A DNA stretch of 64,000 nt from an uncultured Alphaproteobacteria bacterium (GTDB lineage: Bacteria; Pseudomonadota; Alphaproteobacteria; HIMB59; GCA-002718135): positions 16,753-80,752 of the forward strand of contig CACEPG010000003.1 of NCBI GenBank assembly GCA_902561355.1, in the 5' to 3' direction. Below are positions 44,071 to 54,080 of this stretch, piece by piece (position 1 is the stretch's first letter; every line of letters begins with the position of its first letter). Below the pieces are notes generated by a model that did not search any database, was not told where the DNA came from, and worked only from the letters and a program-made list of their open reading frames with translations. Made by a program: the position numbers and the translations under genes.

Positions 44071-44994
44071 ATGAAATTTAATTTAGATAATCTGTATCAA
44101 ATTGAAAGTGGCGCATCTCATAAAAAAATTTATCGATTTAAAAATCAAAATAAAGGAAAAGTAGTTGTAGATTTTTCCTATAATCACGAGGATTACTTAG
44201 CTTTTTTAGAAGTTAACAATTTTTTATCAAGTATAAATATATCTGTTCCTAAAATATTTGATGCTGATCATACTAAAAATATAATTTTTATGGAAGATTT
44301 TGGTGATATTAGATATGATAAATTAATAAATAGCATTTATTTAAAAGAAATTTTGATAAATGCTGTAAATTCCTTAATAGAAATTCAAAATACACAAAAA
44401 CCAATAATAAATAATATTTTAAAACAATATGACTTTTCTGCTTTTAAAATAGAGATAGCTGAATTTGTTGATTTCTATTTCCCTATAAACAATATTTCTA
44501 ATGATATAGCTCATGAATTCTTTAATATATGGAGTCAAGAATTTAAGAATATAAATTTTAAATTTGATTCTTTTGTTCATAAAGATTTTGAACTAATCAA
44601 TTTAATGTATCTCCCAAAAAGAAATGATCATTTAAAGTGTGGAATACTTGATTTTCAAAATGCATGTATCGGTTTTTCTGGATGGGATCTTTTTTCTCTT
44701 CTTGAAAATCCAAGAATATATTTTGATGATAAATATAATGACGAATTGTTAAAATATTTTTTTAGCAAAACTAAACAAAATATTCCTTTTAATGAATTTT
44801 TTTTTCAATATTACTTTCTTAATACGGCAAGACAAACAAGAATTATTGGCAGATGGATAAATTTAGATAAAAAAAATAAAAATAATTATTATTCAAATTA
44901 TCTTAATGTGACACTTAAAAGACTTAAAAAAAGTTTATTTAAACTTCAAAATAAAAAATTATCTAAATTATATGATACAATAATAGTTAAATGA
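44071..44994 (+). CDS. amgK: APH-family phosphotransferase, AmgK-like anomeric MurNAc/GlcNAc kinase
   Basis: VPKI, MEDFGD, HKDF..NLM, ILDFQ.A..G, DLFSLL; tsaE-amgK-murU synteny. Confidence 0.72.
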   Translation: MKFNLDNLYQIESGASHKKIYRFKNQNKGKVVVDFSYNHEDYLAFLEVNNFLSSINISVPKIFDADHTKNIIFMEDFGDIRYDKLINSIYLKEILINAVNSLIEIQNTQKPIINNILKQYDFSAFKIEIAEFVDFYFPINNISNDIAHEFFNIWSQEFKNINFKFDSFVHKDFELINLMYLPKRNDHLKCGILDFQNACIGFSGWDLFSLLENPRIYFDDKYNDELLKYFFSKTKQNIPFNEFFFQYYFLNTARQTRIIGRWINLDKKNKNNYYSNYLNVTLKRLKKSLFKLQNKKLSKLYDTIIVK

Positions 44995-45689
44995 CTAGCT
45001 TCAATTTAATGATACTGGCTGCAGGATATGGAAAGCGAATGAAAAATTTAACTGATTCAAAACCTAAACCTTTATTGAAAATAAATAATAAAGAACTTCT
45101 TCGACATAATATTGATTTTTTTTTAACCATAGGGTGTAAAAAAATAGTAATTAACACTCATTATTTGCATGATCAAATTCAAACTTTTATTAAAGAGTAT
45201 TATGCAGATAAAAATATTCAATTAACTTATGAACCAAATTTATTAAATACAGGCGGAGGGATTAAGAATGCATTAAATTTGTTAGAAGGTAAAAATTTTT
45301 TAGTTACTAATGCAGATATTTTGTGGAAAGAAGAAAATAAAAAAGATGTATTAAATTTTATTAGAAATCATGAAAAAATAGAAACATGTAAATTATTACT
45401 TGCTAAAGCTGTTAATTTCAGAGGTTTAAAAAAAATAACAGGTGATTTTAAATTGGAAAATAAGCTTATTAAAAGATGGGAAAAAAATGATCCACAATTA
45501 TATTATACTGGTTTACAAATAATTAACCCTCGTATTTTTGATTTAATAGAAGAAAGATCTTTTTCACTTAATAAACTTTGGGATATACTTATTGCTAATA
45601 AAAATATTCGAGGTAAAATATTAATTTCTAATATTGCTCATATTGGAGATATAAACGCATTTAATCAAATTAAGGATATTGAGACTTGA
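44991..45689 (+). CDS. murU: Nucleotidyltransferase, MurU-like
   Basis: MILAAGYGKRM..LT..KPKPLL, INTHYL, LNTGGG, YTGLQI; follows amgK. Confidence 0.78.
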   Translation: MTSFNLMILAAGYGKRMKNLTDSKPKPLLKINNKELLRHNIDFFLTIGCKKIVINTHYLHDQIQTFIKEYYADKNIQLTYEPNLLNTGGGIKNALNLLEGKNFLVTNADILWKEENKKDVLNFIRNHEKIETCKLLLAKAVNFRGLKKITGDFKLENKLIKRWEKNDPQLYYTGLQIINPRIFDLIEERSFSLNKLWDILIANKNIRGKILISNIAHIGDINAFNQIKDIET

Positions 45690-45719
45690 ATATATTCTTA
45701 AAGTGCTTACTTTGATTTT

Positions 45720-46040
45720 ATGAGTACACAAATAATAACTGATAGCAGCTTTGATGAAGAGATTAAAAATTCAAAATTGCCTATATTAGTAGATTTTTGG
45801 GCAGAATGGTGCGGTCCATGCAAGATAATAGGACCAATATTGGAAGAAATCGCTTTAGAACAAGAGTCAAAAATTAAAATATTAAAACTTAATATTGATG
45901 ATAATCCTGATACTCCTCAAAAATTTGGAGTGAGAGGTATACCAACTTTAATGATTTTTAAAGAAGGTAAATTAATTGATTCTAAGATTGGTAGTCTCCC
46001 AAAAACTGCACTAGAAGCATGGATACAGTCTAACTTATAA
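45720..46040 (+). CDS. trxA: Thioredoxin
   Basis: VDFWAEWCGPCK, VRGIPTL. Confidence 0.97.
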   Translation: MSTQIITDSSFDEEIKNSKLPILVDFWAEWCGPCKIIGPILEEIALEQESKIKILKLNIDDNPDTPQKFGVRGIPTLMIFKEGKLIDSKIGSLPKTALEAWIQSNL

Positions 46041-47294
46041 AATCTTTTCTCTTACTTTTCCAACAAGATATAAAGAACCGGTTATAAGTACATTTTTTTT
46101 ATTAGAATGAAAAATGTAATACAAAGCATCATTAATGCTTTTTTTATTAACACATTCTAATGATATTGTTTTACAATAATTATTTATCTCTTCAACAGTA
46201 AATGCATTTTTTTCTTTTGGTATTCTAACAGCTACAACTTTTGATACATTGTTACTTATTGTTTTCAAAAATTCATAGATTGGTTTATTATTCAACATAC
46301 CAAACAAAACTATAGGTTTAATTTTTTTTTCTTTTAAAAATAAATTAAGTTTTTCTGCACCACCAATATTATGAGATCCATCAAGAATTATTTTTTTATT
46401 ATTTAAATTAACAAACTCCAACCTGCCTGGCCAAATAGTTGTTTTAATACTTTTGTTAAATTTTTTTTCATTAATCTTAAAACCGTTAGATTGTAAAATC
46501 ATTGCAGATGCTAATGCGGTACTAGCATTTTCTAACTGATGATTTCCTAATAATCTGGGTTTATCAAAATTAAATTTTTTGTTTTTATATCTAAATAAAA
46601 ATTTAGATGATTGATTTTCATAAAAATTAAAATGTTTTTTAAAATAAAAGACATTATTATTTTTTTTCAACTTTGAATAAATAATTTTGTTAACTTCTGA
46701 TTTTTGCTTAGCAATCAAAATATTATTACTATAGTTTGTTATGCCCAATTTTTCTTTCGTAATTTTTTTCAGTGTTTTTCCTAAAAATTCTTGATGATCA
46801 ATACTAATTGAAGTTATAATACTTAATTCTTTTTTTGTTATTACGTTTGTTGCATCTAATCTACCGCCTAAACCTGTTTCCAGTAATAAAAAGTCTGCTT
46901 TATTTTTTGAAAATAATAAAAATGCTGCTGCTGTTGTGATTTCAAAAAATGTAATAGGTTTATTTTTATTAATTTTTTTTATAAGTTTAAGAGTATTGTG
47001 AAGTTTGTTTGTGTTAATTTCTTTGTTATTGATAATAATTCTTTCATTAAACCTATTCAAATGTGGTGAAATATAAGCATGGCAAGAATATTTATTATTT
47101 TTAAGTATATTTTGTAAGAAGCTAAGAGTAGAGCCTTTTCCATTTGTCCCTGCAATATGTATGGTTGTAGGCAAGTTCAAATGAGGGTCACCTAGTTTTT
47201 TTAGTAAAATTTTTAATCTATCTAATGAAAGATCTATATATTTTGGATGTAATTTAACAAGTTGAGCTAACAACTTTTCAGTTTTATTTATCAC
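46035..47294 (-). CDS. folC: Folylpolyglutamate/dihydrofolate synthase
   Basis: IHIAGTNGKGS, SPHL..FNERI, LETGLGGRLDATN, WPGRLE, DGSHN, TGSLYLVG. Confidence 0.96.
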   Translation of the reverse strand: MINKTEKLLAQLVKLHPKYIDLSLDRLKILLKKLGDPHLNLPTTIHIAGTNGKGSTLSFLQNILKNNKYSCHAYISPHLNRFNERIIINNKEINTNKLHNTLKLIKKINKNKPITFFEITTAAAFLLFSKNKADFLLLETGLGGRLDATNVITKKELSIITSISIDHQEFLGKTLKKITKEKLGITNYSNNILIAKQKSEVNKIIYSKLKKNNNVFYFKKHFNFYENQSSKFLFRYKNKKFNFDKPRLLGNHQLENASTALASAMILQSNGFKINEKKFNKSIKTTIWPGRLEFVNLNNKKIILDGSHNIGGAEKLNLFLKEKKIKPIVLFGMLNNKPIYEFLKTISNNVSKVVAVRIPKEKNAFTVEEINNYCKTISLECVNKKSINDALYYIFHSNKKNVLITGSLYLVGKVREKIL

Positions 47295-47296
47295 TA

Positions 47297-48142
47297 TTAT
47301 TTTTGAATATGATTTAAAATATCAATCAGTGTTTTTTTTAAATCTTTTCTATGGCACACAATATCAACCATTCCATGTTCTTTTAAATATTCAGCCTTTT
47401 GAAAATCTATAGGTAATTCTTCTCTTATCGTGTCTTGTATTACTCTTTTGCCCGCAAATCCAATTGTTGAACCTTTTTCAGCTAATGTTATATCTCCTAG
47501 CATAGCGAATGAGGCTGTTACACCTCCTGTAGTTGGTTCTGTAAGTACAACTATATAAGGTATGCTATTTTTATGCAGTAGCTCAACTGCAGCTACTGTT
47601 CTAGGCATTTGCATCAAACTAATTATTCCCTCTTGCATTCTTGCTCCACCAGAGGCTGTGAAAATTAAAAAAGGTATTTTTTTTTCAACAGCAATTTTAG
47701 CACCCTTAACAATTGCAGCACCAACAGCTCTACCCATTGATCCACCCATAAATTCAAAATTCATAAAACCAGATATTATTTCTTTATTACCTAATTTTGA
47801 ATCTAACAAAATAAAAGCATCATTTCTTTTTGTATTCCTTCTGTATTCTTTGAGTCTGTCTTTATATTTTTTTTTATCTACAAAATTTAATGGATCATCT
47901 GTTATAGTGTCTAATTCTATTTCTTTAAAATCTCCATTTGAGAATAATAAATTGATTCTGTCCTCTGCTGAAATTCTAAAATGATAATTACAAGAGTTAC
48001 AAACTCGTAAATTTTCTGTTAAATCTTTATGATGCATCATATTTCCACAAGAAGGACAATTTTTCCAAAGATTATCAGGTACTTCTTTTCGTTTAACTAA
48101 AGCGGACAATTTTGGTTTTACAAAATTTGTTAACCAGTTCAT
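47297..48142 (-). CDS. accD: Acetyl-CoA carboxylase carboxyltransferase beta subunit
   Basis: LWKNCPSC..CNSC zinc finger, FMGGSMG, SGGARMQEG, PTTGGVTAS. Confidence 0.97.
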   Translation of the reverse strand: MNWLTNFVKPKLSALVKRKEVPDNLWKNCPSCGNMMHHKDLTENLRVCNSCNYHFRISAEDRINLLFSNGDFKEIELDTITDDPLNFVDKKKYKDRLKEYRRNTKRNDAFILLDSKLGNKEIISGFMNFEFMGGSMGRAVGAAIVKGAKIAVEKKIPFLIFTASGGARMQEGIISLMQMPRTVAAVELLHKNSIPYIVVLTEPTTGGVTASFAMLGDITLAEKGSTIGFAGKRVIQDTIREELPIDFQKAEYLKEHGMVDIVCHRKDLKKTLIDILNHIQK

Positions 48143-48933
48143 ATCTTCGTCCCTAATTTTAAGTTTTTTGTAAAAACATCAATTGATTTTAACATTTTAT
48201 CTTTACTATTTAAATTTTTTTCAATTATATTTACAATACTTGAGCCAACTACCGCACCGTCTGCAATGCTACAAATCTCTTTTACATCATTTGCATCTTT
48301 AATACCAAATCCTGCCATTACTGGTAAATTTGAATGAATTTTAATTGATTTTATAGATTTTTCTAATTCTTTTAAATTAGCAGAATGTTGTCCAGTAATT
48401 CCTGTGATAGTTACATAATATAAAAAACCACTTGCATTATTAAGTATTAATTTTAGCCTTGATTCATTTGTCGTAGGTGTAATTAGCCTTATTAAAGATA
48501 TACTATTCTTTTTTAATTCATTAAAAAGCTCAGCATCTTCTTCTGGTTGCAGATCAACAATTATTAAACCATCTACGCCATTTTTTTTACATTCATCTAC
48601 AAATTTTTTTACTCCAAAATAATAAATAACATTGTAATAACCCATTAATATTATAGGTATTTCATTATTGATTTTTCTAATTTGGTTTGTAATTGAAAAA
48701 ATATCATTAAGATTTGTTCCGTTATTAATTGATCTATTACTTGATAATTGAATAGTAGGTCCATCAGCCATAGGGTCAGAAAAAGGCATGCCAATTTCAA
48801 TAATATCAGTTTTATTACTTATGATTGTTTCAATTATTTTTATACTTGTTTGAATGTCAGGATCACCACCAGTTGTGAAAGTAGCTAATTTTTTGCTATT
48901 ATTTTGAAAAACTTTTTTAATACGTAATGACAT
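48139..48933 (-). CDS. trpA: Tryptophan synthase alpha chain
   Basis: IEIGMPFSDPMADGPTIQ, GFLYYV..TGITG, GFGI, DGAVVGS. Confidence 0.97.
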   Translation of the reverse strand: MSLRIKKVFQNNSKKLATFTTGGDPDIQTSIKIIETIISNKTDIIEIGMPFSDPMADGPTIQLSSNRSINNGTNLNDIFSITNQIRKINNEIPIILMGYYNVIYYFGVKKFVDECKKNGVDGLIIVDLQPEEDAELFNELKKNSISLIRLITPTTNESRLKLILNNASGFLYYVTITGITGQHSANLKELEKSIKSIKIHSNLPVMAGFGIKDANDVKEICSIADGAVVGSSIVNIIEKNLNSKDKMLKSIDVFTKNLKLGTKI

Positions 48934-50144
48934 TAGATTTTTATATTTAATTCATCGGCTACTGTAAAAATATCCTTGTCTCCACGACCACACATATTCA
49001 TAACGACTATATTGTCTTTATTATAATTTTTCGCAATTTTAATTAAAACAGCTAGAGCATGTGAAGGCTCCAATGCTGGAATAATTCCTTCGTGTTTGCA
49101 ACAATATTGAAAAGCATCAATTGCTTCATTGTCAGTAGCATACATATAAGAAACTCTTTTTTCTTCAAAAAGATAAGAATGCTCTGGTCCTATTCCTGGA
49201 TAATCTAATCCCGCTGAAATAGAATGAGCTTCCTCAATTTGTCCATTATCTGATTGCAGAAGGTATGTTTTATTGCCATGCAATATGCCAGGCTTACCAC
49301 CGGTTAAACTTGCAGCATGTTTTCCAGATCCAAGACCATGCCCAGCAGCTTCAACTGCAATCATTTCAATTTCCTTATCATCAAGAAATTCATGAAATAA
49401 ACCTAGAGCATTTGATCCCCCTCCAATACAAGCCATTAAAAGATTTGGAAGTTTATTTTCAGCTTTAATAATTTGTTCTCTGACTTCTTTTCCAATAATT
49501 GATTGAAAATCTCTTACCATTGCTGGATAAGGATGAGGACCTGCTGCAGTACCAATAATGTAAAATGTATCTCTTACATTTGTTACCCAATCACGTAAAG
49601 CTTCATTCATAGCATCTTTTAGAGACTTGGATCCTGTCGAAACACTTCTAATTTCAGCTCCAAGAAGTTTCATTCTAAAAACATTAGGTGATTGTCTTTT
49701 TATATCTTTTTCACCCATATATATAATACAAGGTAAACCAAATAATGCACAAACAGTTGCAGTAGCCACACCATGTTGACCTGCTCCAGTTTCTGCAATA
49801 ATTCTTTTTTTTCCCATTTTTTTAGCTAGTAAAATTTGTCCCATACAGTTATTGATTTTATGAGCACCAGTATGATTTAATTCATCTCTTTTAAAATAAA
49901 TTTTTGGACCACCTAAATTTTCAGTAATTCTTTCAGCAAAAAATAAGGGGCTTGGTCTTCCAACATAGGTGTCTAAATAATATTTTAAATCACTTTGAAA
50001 TTTTTTATCTTCTTTTATTATGTTGTATTCTTTTTCTACTTCTAAAATCAAGGGCATTAATGTTTCAGAAACATACCTACCTCCAAATTGTCCAAAGTAA
50101 CCTTTTTCGTTTGGAAGTTGCTTATAAGAATTTTTATATTGCAT
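48933..50144 (-). CDS. trpB: Tryptophan synthase beta chain
   Basis: [46 protein letters not shown]. Confidence 0.98.
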   Translation of the reverse strand: MQYKNSYKQLPNEKGYFGQFGGRYVSETLMPLILEVEKEYNIIKEDKKFQSDLKYYLDTYVGRPSPLFFAERITENLGGPKIYFKRDELNHTGAHKINNCMGQILLAKKMGKKRIIAETGAGQHGVATATVCALFGLPCIIYMGEKDIKRQSPNVFRMKLLGAEIRSVSTGSKSLKDAMNEALRDWVTNVRDTFYIIGTAAGPHPYPAMVRDFQSIIGKEVREQIIKAENKLPNLLMACIGGGSNALGLFHEFLDDKEIEMIAVEAAGHGLGSGKHAASLTGGKPGILHGNKTYLLQSDNGQIEEAHSISAGLDYPGIGPEHSYLFEEKRVSYMYATDNEAIDAFQYCCKHEGIIPALEPSHALAVLIKIAKNYNKDNIVVMNMCGRGDKDIFTVADELNIKI

Positions 50145-50766
50145 AATATTTATTTATAAAATTTTTAATTTTTTTCTCACTTTTAATACCTAGAGACTCT
50201 TCTACACCTGAAGACAGATCAATTCCATGAGGATTTATGGTATTTTTGATTAAATTTATATTAGTTTCATTAATACCTCCTGATAAAAACCAAGGTTTAT
50301 TTACTTCTATTTTTCTAAGTATAGACCAATCGAATTTTTTAGCATTTCCTCCTGGAAGTTCTGATTTCTTTGGTTTGTAATCAAATAAAAAATAATCAAC
50401 ATTTTTATAATAATCAGTTTGATTTAAGTCTTGAGGTTTTGAAATTGCAATTTTTTTTATTATTTTTATTTCAAAATTTTTTTTAATAAGTTCAATATAT
50501 TTATTATTTTCATCTCCATGTAATTGAATATAATTTAGTTTTAAATCAGAAATTATTTTAAATATATCATTGAGATTTTTATCAACAAAAACACCTACAG
50601 GTTGTATTTTTAATTTATTCGAAAATTCAACAAGTTTTTTTGCAATTTCAATAGATACATTTCTAGGGCTTTTCTCATAAAAAATCAAACCAAATAAATC
50701 TACATTAAGTTTTTCACAGCATAAGAGAATATTATGATTTTTAATTCCACAAATTTTTATAATCAC
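50134..50766 (-). CDS. trpF: Phosphoribosylanthranilate isomerase
   Basis: [39 protein letters not shown]. Confidence 0.95.
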   Translation of the reverse strand: MIIKICGIKNHNILLCCEKLNVDLFGLIFYEKSPRNVSIEIAKKLVEFSNKLKIQPVGVFVDKNLNDIFKIISDLKLNYIQLHGDENNKYIELIKKNFEIKIIKKIAISKPQDLNQTDYYKNVDYFLFDYKPKKSELPGGNAKKFDWSILRKIEVNKPWFLSGGINETNINLIKNTINPHGIDLSSGVEESLGIKSEKKIKNFINKYYAI

Positions 50767-50767
50767 G

Positions 50768-51454
50768 TTATTGAATTGATTTATTAATTTCTTTTATTGT
50801 CTTTAGTGGATTTTTACTAGACGTAATTGGTCTACCAATAACTAAATAATCTGCACCCATTTCAATAGCTTCTATTGGAGTAAGAGTCCTTTTTTGATCA
50901 TCATTTTTTTTTGAATAATTTATTGGCCTAATACCTGGAACAACAATTATCATCCTTTTCCCGATTTCTTTTCTTATGGTTTTAATTTCTAAAGGACTAC
51001 AAACAATACCATCAAGACCATTTTTTTTTGCATATTTAACTAATTTTTTGACTAAAAGTTGAACGTTTTTTTCATTATAATATTTTTTTGTTTGATTTGA
51101 ATCTAAGCTTGTCAATATTGATACACCTAAAATCTTTGTCTTTCTGCTAGTTTTTTTAACAGAAAATTTATTCATTTTATCACCACCAGAAATATGAATC
51201 GTAGTAAAAACAGGTTTTAATTTTTCAAGAGCTTTTATACCTTGTTCTACAGTATTAGGTATATCGTGTAATTTTAGATCCAAAAAAATTTTAGGATAGA
51301 TTTCTTTTATTTTTTTATAGCCATCTATTCCAAAATTAAAAAAAAATTCATAACCAACTTTATAGGCATATACCTCATTTTTAAGTGATAAAGCTATTTT
51401 TTTTATTTTTGAAAAGTTATTACCATCTAAAGCAACAATTATTTTCTTATTCAT
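50768..51454 (-). CDS. pyrF: Orotidine 5'-phosphate decarboxylase
   Basis: IVALD, FLDLKLHDIPNTV, VPGIRP, DQKR, LVIGRPIT. Confidence 0.96.
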   Translation of the reverse strand: MNKKIIVALDGNNFSKIKKIALSLKNEVYAYKVGYEFFFNFGIDGYKKIKEIYPKIFLDLKLHDIPNTVEQGIKALEKLKPVFTTIHISGGDKMNKFSVKKTSRKTKILGVSILTSLDSNQTKKYYNEKNVQLLVKKLVKYAKKNGLDGIVCSPLEIKTIRKEIGKRMIIVVPGIRPINYSKKNDDQKRTLTPIEAIEMGADYLVIGRPITSSKNPLKTIKEINKSIQ

Positions 51455-51743
51455 TTGATTGTAGTTCAGGATTTATTTTATTATGTAATATTTTTCCAAT
51501 TTTGAAATGAAGTTTATAAGTTTTGTCTTTATAAATTTTTTCATTAGTTTTTGGATTTCTAACTAGTTTTTCTTTGTTTTCTTTCTTGCTTAAAGTGCCA
51601 AAACCTCTTATTTCAACGTTGTTACCATTATCTAAACTAGAAACTATTTTTTTTGTAAAAATCTTTAATATAAATTCTATATCATTAATGCTTAAATTAT
51701 TATGTTTTTTTTGAATTTCTTGAAGAATTTCAGATTTTAACAT
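51447..51743 (-). CDS. ihfB: Integration host factor beta / HU-family DNA-binding protein
   Basis: MLKSEI, VEIRGFGT, RNPKTNE, HFKIGK; rpsA-ihfB synteny. Confidence 0.85.
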   Translation of the reverse strand: MLKSEILQEIQKKHNNLSINDIEFILKIFTKKIVSSLDNGNNVEIRGFGTLSKKENKEKLVRNPKTNEKIYKDKTYKLHFKIGKILHNKINPELQSNE

Positions 51744-53443
51744 CAATCTTTTTTCTTAAGAATAGATCCAAGAATATCACCAAGAGAAGCACCTGAATCA
51801 CTTGATCCGTACTTTGATAATGCTTCCTTCTCATCAATTACTTCAATTTCTTTTATAGACAGGTTAATTGATCGAGATTTATAATCTACAGATGTAATCA
51901 TAGAGTCGACCATTTCACCTATAGCAAATCTTTCAGTTTTTTGTTCTGATTTAGTTTTAGATAAATTTGTTTTCTTTATATTTCCAATTATGTTGTCTTT
52001 TAATTCAATAACTAAACCCTTTTCATTTACTTCTTTAATTTTGCCAGTAACTTTTGATTTAATAGGATTAGAGTTTAAAAAGTCTTGAAGTGGATCATCT
52101 GATAATTGTTTTATACCTAAACTAATTCTTTCTTTATCAACATTTATATCTAGTATTTTTACTTTTACTTTATCACCTTTTTTGTATCCTCCTAATATTT
52201 TTGTACATTCTTTTTCTTCCCAGCTTAAATCAGAAACATGAACCATGCCATCTATTTGATCATGCACCTTCACAAAAATACCAAAATCAACAATATTAAC
52301 TATTTCAGTTTCGAATGAGTGGTTAATTTTAAAGTTTTTATTTAGGTTTATCCAAGGATTTTCACTCATCTGTTTCAAGCTGCAGATTATTTTTCTTTTT
52401 TCATTATCGATTTCTAAAACTTTAACATCAATAATATCAGAAATGTTTACAATTTTAGAGGGGTGAGGTGGTTTTTTTAACCAAGTTAATTCATTCATTG
52501 AAATTGAACCATCATACTTATCATTGATAATCAGATTAACTGATGAATCACTAATTGAACTTATTTTTGCTTTAATTAATTGATCAGCTTTTATATTTTC
52601 ATCTATATTTTCCCAAGGATTATCGGATAGTTGCTTTATGCCTAAACTTAGCCTAGACAATTGTTCATCATATTTTAAAATTTTTACTTTTATTGTTTGC
52701 CCTAATTCCAAAACTTCAGATGGATTATTTATTTTTGTCCAAGAGATATCTGTAACATGTACTAAACCATCCATTCCACCTAAATCAATAAATGCTCCGT
52801 AATCAGTTAGGTTTTTTACTTTACCTTCTATAATTGATCCCTCTTCAATTTTACTAAGCAGTTCTTTTTTTTGTTCTTTTAGTTCAACTTCTGAAATTGC
52901 TTTTCTAGAAACAACTATATTACCTCTAAACTTATCCATTTTTAAGATCATCAACTCTAATGGTTTGTTTAGTAGTTCCTTTGTATCTTTTATTATTTGT
53001 CTAGTATCAATTTGACTTCCTGGTAGAAAAGCAGTTACCCCATCTAAATCAACACTCATACCACCTTTAACTCTATTGAAGGGGATTCCAGTTACTATTT
53101 TGCCATGATCAAAAGATTCTTGCAGAGTGTTCCATGCTTTTTGTTTAATTGCTTTTTCACGAGAAAGTTTAGTTTCTCCATTAGCGCTATCTATATCTTC
53201 TATAAACACATCAAACTTATCTCCAATATTAATTTCTATATTTTGTCCAGATCTAGAAAATTCGTTTAAAGGAATTCTCCCTTCACTTTTTAGTCCAACA
53301 TCAATAGTAACAATATCCTTTTCAATTGAAATTACTTTCCCTGAAACAATTGTTTTTTCTTTTATTATTTTTTTATTGAATGCTTTTGTAATTAAATTTT
53401 CGTATTCAGAATTTGATATTTTGTTAGTTTCAGTATTTTCCAT
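51743..53443 (-). CDS. rpsA: 30S ribosomal protein S1
   Basis: DVGLKSEG, AFLPGSQID, YGAFIDLGGMDGLVHVTDISW, repeated S1 domains; ATG 53443 preferred over TTG 53458. Confidence 0.96.
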   Translation of the reverse strand: MENTETNKISNSEYENLITKAFNKKIIKEKTIVSGKVISIEKDIVTIDVGLKSEGRIPLNEFSRSGQNIEINIGDKFDVFIEDIDSANGETKLSREKAIKQKAWNTLQESFDHGKIVTGIPFNRVKGGMSVDLDGVTAFLPGSQIDTRQIIKDTKELLNKPLELMILKMDKFRGNIVVSRKAISEVELKEQKKELLSKIEEGSIIEGKVKNLTDYGAFIDLGGMDGLVHVTDISWTKINNPSEVLELGQTIKVKILKYDEQLSRLSLGIKQLSDNPWENIDENIKADQLIKAKISSISDSSVNLIINDKYDGSISMNELTWLKKPPHPSKIVNISDIIDVKVLEIDNEKRKIICSLKQMSENPWINLNKNFKINHSFETEIVNIVDFGIFVKVHDQIDGMVHVSDLSWEEKECTKILGGYKKGDKVKVKILDINVDKERISLGIKQLSDDPLQDFLNSNPIKSKVTGKIKEVNEKGLVIELKDNIIGNIKKTNLSKTKSEQKTERFAIGEMVDSMITSVDYKSRSINLSIKEIEVIDEKEALSKYGSSDSGASLGDILGSILKKKD

Positions 53444-54080
53444 TAATATATTTTCCAATAATTATATTTAATTGATTTTGAGTTATGCTAAATTTTGAAG
53501 AATTATCAACAACATAAGCTCCCTCGGGTATTACCAGTGGTGAGTTTTTTCTTGATTTATCTTTTTTATCTCTCAATTTTATATCCTTTAAAATTTGTGG
53601 GTATATAGACTTTTCACCCATATCAATCAACTGTTTATGTCTTCTTTTTGCTCTTATATTTACATCAACATCTATATATAGCTTTATACTAGCATTTTTA
53701 AAAACTACTGAGCCTATATCTCTACCATCTATTACAAAACCATTTTTATTTTTCGACTTTTTTATTGTTAATTTTTGTTGTGTATTAACAAAATCTCTAA
53801 CAAATTTATATTCTGCAATTATTGAAGCAATGTTGCTAATTTTTTCTGATCTTAGAATTTTGTTTTTTTGAGATGAAATTTGATCAATATCATTAATTAA
53901 AATTTTAATTGTAATTTTGTTTATTGGGTTAATTTTTTTTTTGCTAATTATATATGCTATTCTTCTGTAAAAAATACCAGAGTCTAAATGTTTTAACTTC
54001 CATTTTTTTGCTACATATTTAGCAATTTTGCCTTTCCCAGAACCAGCTGGGCCATCAATAGTAATAATATTTATTTTCAA
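53430..54080 (-). CDS. cmk: Cytidylate kinase
   Basis: ITIDGPAGSGKG, LDSGIFYR, DGRDIGSVVF, RAKRR; aroA-cmk-rpsA order. Confidence 0.94.
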   Translation of the reverse strand: MKINIITIDGPAGSGKGKIAKYVAKKWKLKHLDSGIFYRRIAYIISKKKINPINKITIKILINDIDQISSQKNKILRSEKISNIASIIAEYKFVRDFVNTQQKLTIKKSKNKNGFVIDGRDIGSVVFKNASIKLYIDVDVNIRAKRRHKQLIDMGEKSIYPQILKDIKLRDKKDKSRKNSPLVIPEGAYVVDNSSKFSITQNQLNIIIGKYINGKY

